DNA of 64,000 nt, taken from assembly GCA_010093705.1 (NCBI GenBank), contig MU006089.1, positions 756,011-820,010 of the forward strand, given 5' to 3'. The stretch's first letter is position 1, and each line of letters opens with the position of its first letter. Origin of the DNA: Patellaria atrata CBS 101060. Its lineage: Eukaryota. The notes beneath the pieces are model-generated. The model searched no databases. It saw only the letters and a program-made list of their open reading frames with translations, and was not told where the DNA came from. Both the position numbers and the translations under genes were made by a program. Positions 61,974 through 64,000 of this stretch are shown here, piece by piece.

Positions 61974-63732
61974 TTAGATGGTATATCTGAAGAAGGTCGC
62001 GTTATCACCCTTCTCCCTCTCCAAAAATTTCTCCTCGGCCGTGTACTCCTCAGGACGCTTATACTCGCGCTCTCGCCTCGCGTTCTCCCTTCTGAGGTAG
62101 AAAGTCATGAATGTGGACAATGTTGTACTCATCACCAAACATGCAATAAGTGTGCCATAACCCGAGTAGTACTCCGGCGCATCTTTTGAGCGGAACAAGA
62201 ATCCGGAAATCGCACCACCAAGATTACCGAAGCCTACGTGCATGGCGATCCCGACACCACGCTTCACTGAGCCACCGATATTGTTGCCGTTCCAGGCAAC
62301 ACCTTGCGGGACGTTACTGTAGATGCCAACAGCGGTAAAGAATGTTCCGGCATACTTAACACCGTGGTTTTGGCTGCCGATAAGCATGATGAGACCGACC
62401 ATACTGTTACCACATTAGTAGAATATACGGTAAGGAAGTGAGTAGGACATACGCAATGCAATTGTTGCCGATCATATAAATACCACGTTGTCCATGTCTA
62501 TCGGCGAGGATGCCGGAAGAGACACAGAATACGCATGCAACAACGTACGGAGGTACGGTCATCAGCTGAGCTGTGTTGTCTTTGTAGCCCAGGGATTTCA
62601 CGATAGTTGGGAGGAAAAGAGCATAGGAATAGAGTCCAGTGTAAATGCCGATAGTGATGAACATATGGACCCAAATCTTCCAGTCCTGAATTGCGTGGTA
62701 GAAATATTTCATATTCCATTCATCTGCTAGAGACGACCGGTCCGCCTCGAGGCGGCGTGTGATTTCTTTTCTCTCGCCGTCGGTCAAGAACTTGGCTGTG
62801 GCTGGGTAGTCGTTCATAACGAAGAAGGCAACAATAGCTATTTTTTGTTTTTAGCGCTCCAAAGCTTTATTTTGGCTATCGACATTCAGCATAACTCACC
62901 TACGACAAGGGTGATAAGACCTTCGAGGATGAAGATCCAAGACCATCCCGATTTCCCACCTACTCCACTCATCTCATTGATGCCACGCGCAAGTAGGCCT
63001 CCAAAAGCACCAGCGGCTGTTGCAGCAGAGAAGAAGACAGCCATTCGAAGACCACACTCACGGCGTTTATACCACATCGTGATACTGCGAAGCAATCAGT
63101 AACTATGCTCTTATATGTATCACGGTCGCGTTAAGAACATACTAATAGGTAACACCAGGGAAAAGACCTCCCTCTGCAATACCGAGAGCGGCACGTGCAA
63201 CTAAGAGTCCGGCATAGCTTTCAGTAAGTCCCATTAGAGTAGTGCATATAGCCCAAGCAACCATGATCGTGGGGATCCACATCGAAGGCCGCCACCTCTT
63301 CATCATCATGTTTGACGGGATCTCAGCAGCCACATAAAAGGGAAAGAAAATGGCGAGAGCAGTCTACTGGGATCAGCACGCATTCGATACTTTAAGAGGT
63401 GGCGCATACATTGTATTGGAGAGAATTAGGGTCCATGTTCAAATCTTCCTCGAGACCTGCCAATCGAGCATTACCGATGTTTGTACGGTCAAGGAAACTC
63501 AATCTAAGGGCCATCAGTAATCATTGTGGATAATGGGTTAAGGAAGTGGCACTAACAGATAGAGCAATGCGAGGAAAGGGATAAGAGTAAAGTCGATCTT
63601 TCGGATGAGACGTTTCGTAGCACTTTCATCGAAGCCTGCCGACTCGAGCGATGAGGTCGAATTATCGTACTCGGAAACCTGTGGAGCGGTCTGCTTCTCC
63701 TCTACCTCGGGTCTCTCCGTTATACCTGCCAT
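61974..63732 (-). CDS. MFS transporter, anion:cation symporter (DAL5/TNA1 allantoate/nicotinate) family
   Basis: RKIDFTLIPFLALLYL|LSFLDRTNIGNARLAG, AEIPSN, LGIAEGGLFPG, WYKRRE, GWSWIFILEG, AQLMTVPPY, GGSVKRG, FRYTI C-terminus; 5 introns. Confidence 0.93.
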
Positions 63733-64000
63733 TTTGGTAGGAGTCGTAATGTGAAATTGTTCGTCTTCTCTTTGACAATGAAGTTTCAACCCTCAGCACT
63801 AAACAAATAGCCTTTCCACGTGTACGGGAGCAAAGATTATAAAGATGAAAATAAGTTCAAGTGCTCATTATACAACAAACAGCTTGTTCTTATTCGACCC
63901 AGGGATATGGACTCGAGGTTTAAATCAACACAAGAGAAACCCAATCTGTCGTACAAGCACAAACCGCGAGGGGGGTGCAGCAGGTATTTTATATGCGTGC

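Overview
Eukaryotic DNA from a filamentous ascomycete (Pezizomycotina-type genes with short GT-AG introns and CTRAY branch points); the species cannot be determined from the sequence alone. The window is gene-dense, with about 22 protein-coding loci, mostly housekeeping. These are a Ppk16/SNF1-related kinase, a 64-aa membrane microprotein, a TPR-MYND-SET-like protein, SDH2, SHR3, a divergent thioesterase + acyl-CoA ligase pair, a THOC5-like protein, a SAM-HMG protein, a large Q/P-rich protein, ATP11, FYV4, KIN28, an EIS1-like protein, a tyrosine phosphatase, a Cys-rich ORF split by one in-frame TAG, a BAR-PH-ArfGAP, a pRiA4b-ORF3-like gene, VHC1, a C2-domain protein, an M20 peptidase and a DAL5/TNA1-type MFS transporter. 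I found no CRISPR array, tRNA, rRNA or intact transposon. The most notable observations are (1) a ~436-codon reading frame interrupted by a single UAG, a candidate for editing or readthrough; (2) a degenerate ~200-bp repeat present three times upstream of ATP11 and once between SDH2 and SHR3; (3) a microprotein gene with two 5'-UTR introns; and (4) an apparently catalytically dead SET-like protein. All exon boundaries were read by eye and all family assignments come from motif recognition, not database searches.
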